From IMG/VR virus record IMGVR_UViG_3300010163_000013, positions 64,001 through 101,075 of that record: a DNA stretch of 37,075 nt; one strand, 5' to 3'. The notes below the pieces were generated by a model. The model saw only the letters and a program-made list of their open reading frames with translations, searched no databases and had not been told where the DNA came from. This DNA is from a virus. Lineage: Duplodnaviria > Heunggongvirae > Uroviricota > Caudoviricetes. The translations under genes and the position numbers were made by a program. Below, in pieces: positions 1-8,848 of the stretch (its first letter is position 1; each line of letters begins with the position of its first letter).

Positions 1-342
1 TTTTAGCAACTTCAAACATTATATTTGAAATTGATTTTGGAAGAAAAGCAATAAAATAATATTCTAAATCTGAAATATTTTTTGTATGCTCAATCTTTAT
101 GCTTTTTAATCACACTTCTTCATCTAATCTACTATTAAAATAATCTGAAAAATCATAGATAGCATTAAATAAGCGTGATTTAGATGTTAAAAAACTACAT
201 CAAGATTTTGTTCGTTTGCTTTTTTTGCATACAAGTTCCATAATTGTTTAATTCGTTTAAAAAAACTTTTTGTTTTCCAGATTTTATTTTTTCTATTAGC
301 GTTACAGCTATAATGTATTCAGCTTTCTACAAAAACTGTCAT
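1..342 (-). pseudogene. Frameshifted remnant of a hypothetical protein (runs off the window edge)
   Basis: RBS-like AAAGGTGG and ATG at 342. Protein-like segments continue in shifting frames (MTVFVES / AEYIIAVTLIEKIKSGKQKVFLNELNNYGTCMQKK / ANEQNLDVVF / LTSKSRLFNAIYDFSDYF...*LKSIKIEH...FIAFLPKS), with later breaks at A/T homopolymers and an in-frame TGA. Confidence 0.4.
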
Positions 343-495
343 AAACAATCCACCTTTGTAAAATTTTTGTTGTTTGATTATAACATATATAATAAAATCA
401 AGACATTATCTGATTATATTATATTTTATAATATGGTAAAACTTAAATTGAAATTTAAAATTTATAAAAATATATTGTACTTATATAATATCTTG

Positions 496-524
496 TTGAC
501 TAAATTAAATATATGTATTATAAT
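496..524 (+). promoter_or_regulatory. sigmaA-type promoter for the orf561-dnaE(N)-dnaN operon
   Basis: TTGACT (496-501), 17-nt spacer, TATAAT (519-524). Confidence 0.6.
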
Positions 525-560
525 ATAATTAAAATACTTTAGAATGGTAGGATAAAAATA

Positions 561-1517
561 ATGGATTTAGATTTAATAAATATGTTAGTTGATTTTAATA
601 AAACACATAATAAATTTTATATAGATTTATTTATAGGTATTACTGCATCAAAGACATTATTATATTATGATACCTTTGATATTTTATCATATTTTACAAA
701 TAAAGATGATTTATATTATTTTTTGGAAAATATAGTTGATATAAAAATTATAAATTTTAATAATGAAGAAATGTTTGAAAGAAATCATATAACAGTTTTA
801 GACATTGTTAATTTTGTTGTTGCAAATAATAAATATGCCATTGCAGTTAATAACTTTTATTATCTTTTTCAATTTTACAAGTATTTTGACGAAAATAATA
901 AATTAAAATTTAATAATATGTTGAATTATTATTTGAATACAAATTTTATTGATAATTCATTATTTTCTGTACTTATACGCTATATATCAAAAGAAGATTT
1001 TTTTAATATTTTTGATAAGTTTAATTTATATAAAAAAACACATATAATTTATTACTTAATCAATAGTACAAGTCCTATTTATAAGTATGATATTAATGAT
1101 ATTTTAATATTGTTATGTAAATCAGACTTAATAACAGATAATATAAAAACAAATACAACACTATTATATAATATGCTTTCTCGTTATTGTAAAAAAACAC
1201 ATAATGAACAATTTATTATTAAAGATTATAATAAAGACTGTTTACAAATGTTAATAAATAAAATTGATATTTCTTTATTGTTTAATCAACTTTGTGGCAA
1301 AAAAAGAATATATATTATTGCTTTTTTAAATTTATTTAAACTATTATTTGATGAAAAAATGGAATATAAATATATTAAAAAGTTAAAAAATAAAAAATTT
1401 TATACAATAGTATTTTTAACTTATTTTAATGATAATTATTGTTATAAATACCCTAACAATAAAAAGTTTGTTGAGGGGTTAATCTTTATGAGCAAATTAA
1501 CAGATAATTTACTATAG
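561..1517 (+). CDS. Hypothetical protein, 318 aa, rich in N/K/Y/F/I
   Basis: Long ORF with promoter and RBS-like GGTAGGA upstream; no motif recognised. Confidence 0.7.
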   Translation: MDLDLINMLVDFNKTHNKFYIDLFIGITASKTLLYYDTFDILSYFTNKDDLYYFLENIVDIKIINFNNEEMFERNHITVLDIVNFVVANNKYAIAVNNFYYLFQFYKYFDENNKLKFNNMLNYYLNTNFIDNSLFSVLIRYISKEDFFNIFDKFNLYKKTHIIYYLINSTSPIYKYDINDILILLCKSDLITDNIKTNTTLLYNMLSRYCKKTHNEQFIIKDYNKDCLQMLINKIDISLLFNQLCGKKRIYIIAFLNLFKLLFDEKMEYKYIKKLKNKKFYTIVFLTYFNDNYCYKYPNNKKFVEGLIFMSKLTDNLL

Positions 1518-1563
1518 AAAAGATAGTATAAATATAATAATACCTTTAGAAAGGAAGATATTA

Positions 1564-3054
1564 ATGAGTAGCCGTTTTGTAAATTTACATGTTCATTCTT
1601 TTTTTTCATTGTTAGATGGATTAACAGATGTAGAAAAACTAGTTGATAAAACAATAAAGTTAGGGCAGCCCGCTTCTTGTATTACAGACCATGGTAATAT
1701 GTTTTCTATTGTTAATCATTTTAAATATGCACAAGAGCAAGGACAGAAAGCAATAGCAGGGTTTGAAGCATATGTTGTAAAAGACCATACTATAAAAAAT
1801 AAAGGAGAAAAAAGAGAACATTTATTATTATTAGCAAAAAACAAAAGAGGATATGAACAATTATCTAAAATATGTTCTATTGGTAATGTTAAAGGAATGT
1901 ATTATAGACCAAGAATAGATGATAATTTATTAAGAGAAATAGGTACAGAAAATCTAATAGGCTCTTCTGCTTGTATTGCTGGTAGAATACCTCAATGTAT
2001 TATTAATGATAATATAGAGGAAGCCATAAAAGAAACAGAGCATTACTATAAATTGTTTAATGGAAATTTTTATTTAGAAATTCAACCAACTATGGAACCA
2101 TCACAAATAAAAGTTAATCAAGGCATAATAGAAATATCTAAAAAATTAGGTATACCATTAATAGCAACATCAGATGCTCATTATTTAGAAAAACAAGATA
2201 GTAAAACACATGAAATTTTACTTTGTTTACAATCTAAAAGTACATTAAATAACCCTAATAGATGGAAATTTACAGGAGATACTTTTTTTGTTATGTCATA
2301 TGATGATATAATAAATGCTTTTAAAGAAAATGGACATGAAAAATTAGATCAAAATGCTATATTTGAAGCAATTCATAATACAGTTGATGTAGCAAATCAA
2401 TGCAATTTGACTTTTGAATTTGGTAAATATTATTTACCTAAAATAGAACCACCAACAAATGATAAGGTATATAATAAAAAAGTAGAAAAACAAAAACAAA
2501 AAGATTCAAATTTTAAATCAACAGATATAAGTTATTTAAAACATTTATGTATGGAAGGATTAAAAAAGAAAGTACCTGATATTTTAACAAACAAAGAAAA
2601 AAGAAAAAAATATGTTGATAGATTAAACTATGAATTAGATGTTATTAAAAAAATGGGTTTTCCATCTTACTTTTTAATTGTTGCCGATTATATTAACTAT
2701 GCTGAACAAATAGAACATATGGGTGTTGGTCCAGGACGTGGATGTGCAACATCCATAAATAAAGTAAGATTAGTTAATGGTAATACAATAAACATTAGTA
2801 AAGTTAAGGTAGGTGATGTTGTAAAAGGTTATGACGAGCAGCCACACAAAGTAATAAAAACTCATAAATATGAATGTAATGAAGAAATAATAAAACTTAC
2901 TACAGAAAACAATAAGATTTTATCAATGACAAAAGACCACAAAATATATGCTATTAAAAAAGAAGATTTTGAAAATGGCATAAGAAAACCAAATTGGTAT
3001 ACAATGGATGAATTAGACGAGGGTGATTATATAGCTGAAATTGAAAATTTATAA
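1564..3054 (+). CDS. dnaE: DNA polymerase III alpha, N-terminal fragment (PHP domain and start of palm) fused to a split N-intein
   Basis: PHP motifs LHVHSFFSLLDG, ITDHG, FEAY, EHLLLLAKN, SACIAG, YLEIQ, ATSDAHY; DRLNYELDVIKKMGFPSYFLIVADYI; ends GVGPGRG followed by intein sequence and a stop. Confidence 0.95.
   Translation: MSSRFVNLHVHSFFSLLDGLTDVEKLVDKTIKLGQPASCITDHGNMFSIVNHFKYAQEQGQKAIAGFEAYVVKDHTIKNKGEKREHLLLLAKNKRGYEQLSKICSIGNVKGMYYRPRIDDNLLREIGTENLIGSSACIAGRIPQCIINDNIEEAIKETEHYYKLFNGNFYLEIQPTMEPSQIKVNQGIIEISKKLGIPLIATSDAHYLEKQDSKTHEILLCLQSKSTLNNPNRWKFTGDTFFVMSYDDIINAFKENGHEKLDQNAIFEAIHNTVDVANQCNLTFEFGKYYLPKIEPPTNDKVYNKKVEKQKQKDSNFKSTDISYLKHLCMEGLKKKVPDILTNKEKRKKYVDRLNYELDVIKKMGFPSYFLIVADYINYAEQIEHMGVGPGRGCATSINKVRLVNGNTINISKVKVGDVVKGYDEQPHKVIKTHKYECNEEIIKLTTENNKILSMTKDHKIYAIKKEDFENGIRKPNWYTMDELDEGDYIAEIENL
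2743..3054 (+). other. N-terminal half of a naturally split intein (IntN, 103 aa)
   Basis: Starts with Cys (CATSINKVRLVNG) right after GPGRG; block A-like ISKVKVGDVV; block B TxxH (MTKDH); ends WYTMDELDEGDYIAEIENL* with no terminal HN. Confidence 0.92.
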
Positions 3055-3087
3055 ATTAATATTAAAAATTGAAAGGAAAATAACTTT

Positions 3088-4260
3088 ATGTTAAAATTTA
3101 CAATCAATGCAAAAGAATTAAAATCTATAATTGATAGAAGTATATCTATAATAAATAAAGACGCTGTTTGTTATGGATATACAAATTTATTTTTTCAAAT
3201 TACAGAAAATGGAATATTAAAAGTATCAGGTACTAATGGTAATGATTATCTTGAAATTATAAGCGAGAATATTTTTGATGTATCTTCTGGTATTGTTGTA
3301 ATTAATATTAATGATTTAAAACTTATTTCAAAAATGAATAATGATGATATTAAATTTACAGATATTTCAACAACAAAAAATAAATTGGTTAATATACATT
3401 GTGGCAAGAAAAAACTTAATGTTGCAAATTATAATGATGCATCTATTTCTTTACCTAAAATGAATACAGAGGAAACTAAAATTTTATCAGTAACAGAAAC
3501 TTGGTTGCTTGAAACATTTTCTAATCTTTCTGTATTTACGTTAAATAGCGAAACAAGAAAAGAATTACAAACAGTTCATTTTAACACAAAAGATAAACGA
3601 GTTGAAGCAACTAACAGTCATTATATTGCAATTAGAAACTTAAAAGAAGAACAAATTTTTACAGAAGAACAAAATATTATGCTTGATAAAAACTGTTTAT
3701 CAATATTTAAAAAGGTTTTAGAAAAAAAATCAAATAATGAAATTATTATATCTCAAAATAACAAATATATAAAAGTCAAAGGTAAAAATTTCACATATAT
3801 TGTTCATAGACTTAGTAGTAATTATAATTATCTTAATTTAAACAATATATTTACAAATGATAACATATATAGTTTTGTTGCTGACAAAACAAATATGTTA
3901 GATATTATGAAATATAATTGTGAATTATTGAAAAACAATAAAAAGCCTGTTGTTTTCTATTGTAAAAATAAAGAAATATTTACATATGTTATAACAGATG
4001 GACGAGAAAGTTTAGATAAAATAGAAGCAGAAGATGTAATAATGGATGATATGTATATGACTTATAATCCTGAATATATTATGAAAGTTATGAAAATAAT
4101 AGATACAGATAAACCAGTATTTAGAATAAAATCAAGTTTACATCCTTTATTTATTGACGGTAATGAATATAAATTTTTAGTTTTACCAATAGCTATAAAT
4201 GATAAAGACACTATTAATAAAATACAAGAACGCATTAACAAAATAATAGAGATTAATTAA
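3088..4260 (+). CDS. dnaN: DNA polymerase III beta sliding clamp-like protein
   Basis: 390 aa; N-terminus MLKFTINAKELKSII...LKVSGTN; central RVEATNSHYIA; C-terminal YNPEYIMKVMK...FLVLPI; 33 nt downstream of dnaE(N). Confidence 0.82.
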   Translation: MLKFTINAKELKSIIDRSISIINKDAVCYGYTNLFFQITENGILKVSGTNGNDYLEIISENIFDVSSGIVVININDLKLISKMNNDDIKFTDISTTKNKLVNIHCGKKKLNVANYNDASISLPKMNTEETKILSVTETWLLETFSNLSVFTLNSETRKELQTVHFNTKDKRVEATNSHYIAIRNLKEEQIFTEEQNIMLDKNCLSIFKKVLEKKSNNEIIISQNNKYIKVKGKNFTYIVHRLSSNYNYLNLNNIFTNDNIYSFVADKTNMLDIMKYNCELLKNNKKPVVFYCKNKEIFTYVITDGRESLDKIEAEDVIMDDMYMTYNPEYIMKVMKIIDTDKPVFRIKSSLHPLFIDGNEYKFLVLPIAINDKDTINKIQERINKIIEIN

Positions 4261-4270
4261 AAACATAATA

Positions 4271-4310
4271 AAATCCTTAGTTTGATATATATAAAAACTA
4301 AGGATTTTTA
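4271..4310 (+). terminator. Intrinsic terminator after dnaN
   Basis: AAATCCTTAGTTT ... AAACTAAGGATTTT hairpin with T-tail. Confidence 0.75.
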
Positions 4311-4405
4311 ATTTTTTAAATAATTTAAAAAAACATTTACTTTTTTATAAATATATGATATAATTTACTAATATAACATATAAAAACGAAGCAAATAACA
4401 GAAAA

Positions 4406-4759
4406 ATGAATTTATATACATTATTTTTTGAGGATAAAATAAATATAAAAAATTTATTAATACCTGATAAATATGGAAATGAAAATAAACTTTTAATTGG
4501 TGGTAATAATATAAAAGGAATGTCAAAGATTATAGATGATAAATTAAATATTATTTTAAACAAATTTAATGCAATCAATATATATAATTTATATTTTTAT
4601 AAAAATAATTTTATTAATGAAATTAAAAACAAAACAATTTTAAAAAAATATAATTACAACATTAATATAATATTTATTGAACATCTTAATAAATATAAAC
4701 TGTATATTGATGGTGAGCGTTTAATTAATTTATTATTAAATGATAAGTTATCTTATTAA
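4406..4759 (+). CDS. Hypothetical protein, 117 aa
   Basis: ORF only; weak RBS. Confidence 0.45.
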   Translation: MNLYTLFFEDKINIKNLLIPDKYGNENKLLIGGNNIKGMSKIIDDKLNIILNKFNAINIYNLYFYKNNFINEIKNKTILKKYNYNINIIFIEHLNKYKLYIDGERLINLLLNDKLSY

Positions 4760-4891
4760 GATATAAAAAGTACAATCAATTTATTATATTAAACAATAAA
4801 GAAAACAGAGATAGTATGCAAAAGTATATTTTAAAAATAAAATAAATAAAATAATTGACATAAAATTAAAAGGAGGACAATATTATATAAT

Positions 4892-5656
4892 ATGTTAAAT
4901 AAGAAAAACATATCAGATACTATTATTAATTGTAATGAGTTTTATAATAAACAAATATATCATAAAATACATAATAAGCGATTAAATGGTATAAACTATA
5001 AACTATATTCCATAGCACAAACTATTTTATTAAATAAAATTAACAAATGTATTAAATTGTCTAAAGCATCGGAACCTGACTTTACTTTAATGAAAGAATT
5101 AGGAGAAACAATGAAACTACATCAAAGTACAAACAAGTTTGACAATTGGAGTGAATATGATATAAATACAGTTAAAATGTATTTGCCTAAGTGTGTTGTT
5201 AGTGGAGATTTTTATAGGTTTATAGGGCTAAAGTCTATAGAAATTAATCAAATAATAGAAAGTAATAATTATGATATAGATAACCTATCAGACATAGAAA
5301 ATGCTATTAAACAAGTCATAATTCCAACAGGAGTTGCTTGTTGTACAAAAGATAAATCGTATGTTGATAACTCAACATTAGATAGTGGTAAATTATATAT
5401 AGATAGGAATAATAAAAATAATGAAGTTGTTATAGATGTACCTTGTAGATTAATTATTACAATTAATGACGGTATAGATGTAGCAATGTTTTGGGAAGAA
5501 TTAAAAAATAATGCTTATGATATTGATTATGATGAATTTGTAAAAGATTTTGGAGAATGCATGGGGCAATTAGTAAGTGACGAACAAGAAGTTATTGGAC
5601 AAATGACATCTAACTATAAAATATACAATTTAAAAGAAATACAAAATTATTTATAA
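4892..5656 (+). CDS. Hypothetical protein, possible ADP-ribosyltransferase (R-S-E type) fold
   Basis: AAGGAGG upstream. Motif order FYRFIG ... VACCTKD ... ITINDGIDV ... EQEVI resembles the ART catalytic Arg, STS-equivalent strand and ExE loop. The ORF is solid; the function is tentative. Confidence 0.4.
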   Translation: MLNKKNISDTIINCNEFYNKQIYHKIHNKRLNGINYKLYSIAQTILLNKINKCIKLSKASEPDFTLMKELGETMKLHQSTNKFDNWSEYDINTVKMYLPKCVVSGDFYRFIGLKSIEINQIIESNNYDIDNLSDIENAIKQVIIPTGVACCTKDKSYVDNSTLDSGKLYIDRNNKNNEVVIDVPCRLIITINDGIDVAMFWEELKNNAYDIDYDEFVKDFGECMGQLVSDEQEVIGQMTSNYKIYNLKEIQNYL

Positions 5657-5671
5657 TAAGGAGAAAATAAT

Positions 5672-6256
5672 ATGATTGACATTGAAAAATATAATCAAGA
5701 TAAAAAACAAGGATTAGAAAAACAACAAGAAAAAAATAGTAAAAAAGAAAAAAAAATGAAATTAATTAATGTTGCTCAATCTATAATATTAAATAAGTTA
5801 TATTCAAGTATTGAAAATTATGAGTTATATTATAATAAAATAATCTCTAATGATAATTCAGAAAACATATTGGAATTGCAAAACAAAGCACAACAATGTA
5901 AAAATTTTATAATTAAATATGCAAGAGGGATAAATACATTTAACGTATACAAAGAAATACTGGACATAACATACAAATGTATATTAAGTAAAAAAGAAAA
6001 TACATTATTACGTTGTAATGAAAATAGTGTTGAAGATTTTTTAAAAGCGGTTTATTTAAATTATAAAAAAGAATTTGAAGAAATAGAAAATGGGTTTAAA
6101 AACATTAAATCAAAAGACAATATTATACCATATTCTATTATTGCTGGATATGTTTTTAGAAAGCGTGCAAGTGAACGTAATAAACCATATTTTAAAACCT
6201 CTCCGTTATCATTATATCGTCAGCAATTTACCCAATTATATAAAAATACACATTAA
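5672..6256 (+). CDS. Hypothetical protein, 194 aa
   Basis: AAGGAG RBS; followed by hairpin AGAGGGA/TCCCTCT plus T-run at 6262-6288. Confidence 0.75.
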   Translation: MIDIEKYNQDKKQGLEKQQEKNSKKEKKMKLINVAQSIILNKLYSSIENYELYYNKIISNDNSENILELQNKAQQCKNFIIKYARGINTFNVYKEILDITYKCILSKKENTLLRCNENSVEDFLKAVYLNYKKEFEEIENGFKNIKSKDNIIPYSIIAGYVFRKRASERNKPYFKTSPLSLYRQQFTQLYKNTH

Positions 6257-6323
6257 TGTTTAGAGGGATTAATTTCCCTCTTTTTTTTATTTAACCAAAA
6301 ATAATTTATTATTATTTTATTTA

Positions 6324-6352
6324 TTGACTTTTATTATATTTTAATTTATAAT
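6324..6352 (+). promoter_or_regulatory. sigmaA-type promoter
   Basis: TTGACT (6324-6329), 17 nt, TATAAT (6347-6352). Confidence 0.6.
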
Positions 6353-6405
6353 ATAAATTACATTTAAAACATTTTATATAATGGATTCCAAAGGAGAGTT
6401 AGAAA

Positions 6406-6666
6406 ATGAATTTTAAGGAATTAACAAATCTTATAGCAAAAGGTATAAGTGGTGAAAATAATGCTTGTATTATCGGTGTGGCAATAGATGCAGGAGATAA
6501 TCTTGATATAACAGGATTTTTTGATGGTGGTAGTTATAATACTCATTCAATTATACAATTTTTAGTTGAAAATTATCTATCACCTTTAGATGATGAAACA
6601 GCTTCCTTTGAAAGAGATTGTTTAATTAAAATTATTGAAGAAGATAAACAAAGAAGAATAAAATAA
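6406..6666 (+). CDS. Hypothetical protein, 86 aa
   Basis: AAAGGAGAG RBS and promoter upstream. Confidence 0.75.
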   Translation: MNFKELTNLIAKGISGENNACIIGVAIDAGDNLDITGFFDGGSYNTHSIIQFLVENYLSPLDDETASFERDCLIKIIEEDKQRRIK

Positions 6667-6761
6667 TTTCAGATTTTATAAAAATAGATTTATACATATA
6701 AAAAATAAAATATAGTAAAAAATATTACAAGTTACAATAAAATTATTAAAGGGAGTTATAA

Positions 6762-7112
6762 ATGAGAAAATTAACAAAAAAACGAGTTATAAAAAATTTC
6801 AGAAAGAAATGGTACAAAATATCTAAAAAAACGATTAAACAAAAAGAAAAATATAATAATAAATTTTTTAAAGAAAAATTTTTAAACGATCGTTCTTGTT
6901 GTATATATGCTATTTTACAAGCACCTACATTACATAATATATGTGAGTTTTGCCCCATTGAATGGTTTAGTGAATGCAATAGCTTTAAGTGCATAAATCA
7001 ACAATTTAGCGGAGACAATAAAGGACTATATAAATTATGGGAAACTGCTGAAAATTGGAAAGAGGCTGCTGAATTAGCTGAAATAATATCAAAATTACCT
7101 GAAAAAATGTAA
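6762..7112 (+). CDS. Cys-rich hypothetical protein, paralogue A
   Basis: AAAGGGAG RBS; CC...CEFCPIEW...C...GLYKLW...WKEAAELAEIISKLPEK; similar to the next gene. Confidence 0.78.
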   Translation: MRKLTKKRVIKNFRKKWYKISKKTIKQKEKYNNKFFKEKFLNDRSCCIYAILQAPTLHNICEFCPIEWFSECNSFKCINQQFSGDNKGLYKLWETAENWKEAAELAEIISKLPEKM

Positions 7113-7161
7113 ATAAAAATGATATAAATTATTAAGAAACTAATAAGGGAGATAACAAAAA

Positions 7162-7608
7162 ATGAAAATTACAAAAGAACAAGCCATAATTGAACACCGT
7201 AAAATGTGGCAGCGGATAGCTAAAGAAACAAATAAACAAAAAAGGGTTGTTGCTATAGAGGAATATTTTAAAAAGTATTTTCCTTATAGTGTTTTAAATA
7301 ATTCTTTTTGTTGTGAGTATGGTTATCATAAATCAGTTAATAAGAAATTTAAAAGGTTAATATGTAGTATTAAGAAATGGTTAAAATACAATATATTTTG
7401 TTTTGACAATTGTAAATATTGTAGTCAACTTTCTTGTTTTTCTTGCCCAATAGATTGGGGCAACGAAACTGATTATCAAATGTGCTATAATAAAACACAT
7501 CATGATGGAAATGGTTTATATGCTATATGGTGTAGAACTGAAGATTGGAAAAAAGCTGCTAAGTTGGCAGAGCAGATAGCAGAATTACCAGAAAGAAAGG
7601 AAATATAA
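7162..7608 (+). CDS. Cys-rich hypothetical protein, paralogue B
   Basis: AAGGGAG RBS; FCCEY...CFSCPIDW...C...GLYAIW...WKKAAKLAEQIAELPER. Confidence 0.8.
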   Translation: MKITKEQAIIEHRKMWQRIAKETNKQKRVVAIEEYFKKYFPYSVLNNSFCCEYGYHKSVNKKFKRLICSIKKWLKYNIFCFDNCKYCSQLSCFSCPIDWGNETDYQMCYNKTHHDGNGLYAIWCRTEDWKKAAKLAEQIAELPERKEI

Positions 7609-7611
7609 AAA

Positions 7612-8241
7612 ATGAAAGAGATATTATTCAAAGGCAAAAGAACAGACAGTAATAAATGGATTGAGGGTTATTATTATCCAAATAAATTGGCTGTTTCAAA
7701 AGAAGAATTGGTTGAGATACTTAATCAATTTTTTAGTATAGAAGATACAGACGCTTATTGGCTTACAAGAGTTAAATCTGCTTTTGATGTCGGAACAGTG
7801 ACTATTGATGATTTTGAAGAGTTTACTAATGAAACTATTGATGAACTTGCAGATTTTATAATAGAGAAAATAGCATGTACTTCAAATTACATTAATGACA
7901 TTGAAGTTAATCAAAAAACTATTGGATAATATACAGGCTTATTAGATAAAAAAGGTAAGAAGATTTTTAAGGGCGATATTGTTAAAAAAACTTTTGAAAC
8001 AACAATTAAGAAAGATGATTATGTAGATATTTATGGTTATGATGTAGGAGAAACGATATTTGTTCCTTCCAAAGGATTTTGTATAAAGAATCCATATCAT
8101 CATGTAGAAATAGATGGAGAAATTACAAAGAAATATGAAAAAACAAAAATGTATAAAAACATAGTATCATATAGATGTGAGATTATTGGAAATATTTATA
8201 ATAATCCTAAATTATTAAAGGCAAAAAATAAAAAATCTTGA
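7612..8241 (+). pseudogene. YopX-family protein interrupted by an in-frame TAA at 7927-7929
   Basis: N-terminus MKEILFKGKRTDSNKWIEGYY; TIG*YTGLLDKKGKKIFKGDIV (family pattern TIGQYTGLKDKNG.EIFEGDIV); same frame continues to EIIGNIYNNPKLL and TGA at 8239-8241. Confidence 0.82.
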
Positions 8242-8373
8242 ATTTTTAAAATTTATAAATAATAATGAAGTTACTTATATTTGTAAACATATGAAAATTA
8301 AAAAATATTGTACAAAAAAGTTACATAAAAAGGTGAAAAATAATTTAACATAAAAAATATTTATACAAAAGGA

Positions 8374-8793
8374 GTGGGATATTTGTTAATCCATTTACTT
8401 GGAAGTAACAAACAATATATTCAAACAATTGGTAAGAATATTGCATATGAATTTAAGTATGATTTTATATCAATCAATAATAAAAATGAATATGATAAAT
8501 TTATTTTTAATATAAAAAATACTAAAGATGTAATATTGGATTATCCATTTAATATATCAATATCTACTGATTATCTTTTAATTATTTTAAAAGATGATAA
8601 TGATATAAATAGATATATAGATAATAAATGCCCTTATTTAATAATAGATATTAATAGCCGTAATTGTAATAAAATTTGTAAATATATAAATTTTTATATT
8701 AAGTATATGCAAATTTTTTTCAAAGAACACAAAATAAAACCTTGTGGGCAGATTGATACAAATAAATTTTTAAAAAGATATCCTATTGTATAA
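8374..8793 (+). CDS. Hypothetical protein, 139 aa (GTG start)
   Basis: AAAAGGAG directly upstream; N-terminus loosely resembles an eroded P-loop kinase start. Confidence 0.5.
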   Translation: MGYLLIHLLGSNKQYIQTIGKNIAYEFKYDFISINNKNEYDKFIFNIKNTKDVILDYPFNISISTDYLLIILKDDNDINRYIDNKCPYLIIDINSRNCNKICKYINFYIKYMQIFFKEHKIKPCGQIDTNKFLKRYPIV

Positions 8794-8848
8794 AACTATT
8801 TACAAATTTAGACATATAGTTTATAATAAAAAAAAGGAGCGATTACTT

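Noticed and set aside
7927-7929. Genome-wide stop-codon reassignment (TAA or TAG to Gln) suggested by the YopX stop
   Set aside because: All long conserved genes translate fully in code 11, most end in TAA and dnaE(C) ends in TAG at the expected place, and no suppressor tRNA is visible.
8374-8793. Nucleotide kinase
   Set aside because: Only the spacing around a would-be P-loop is reminiscent; GxxxxGK[ST] is absent.
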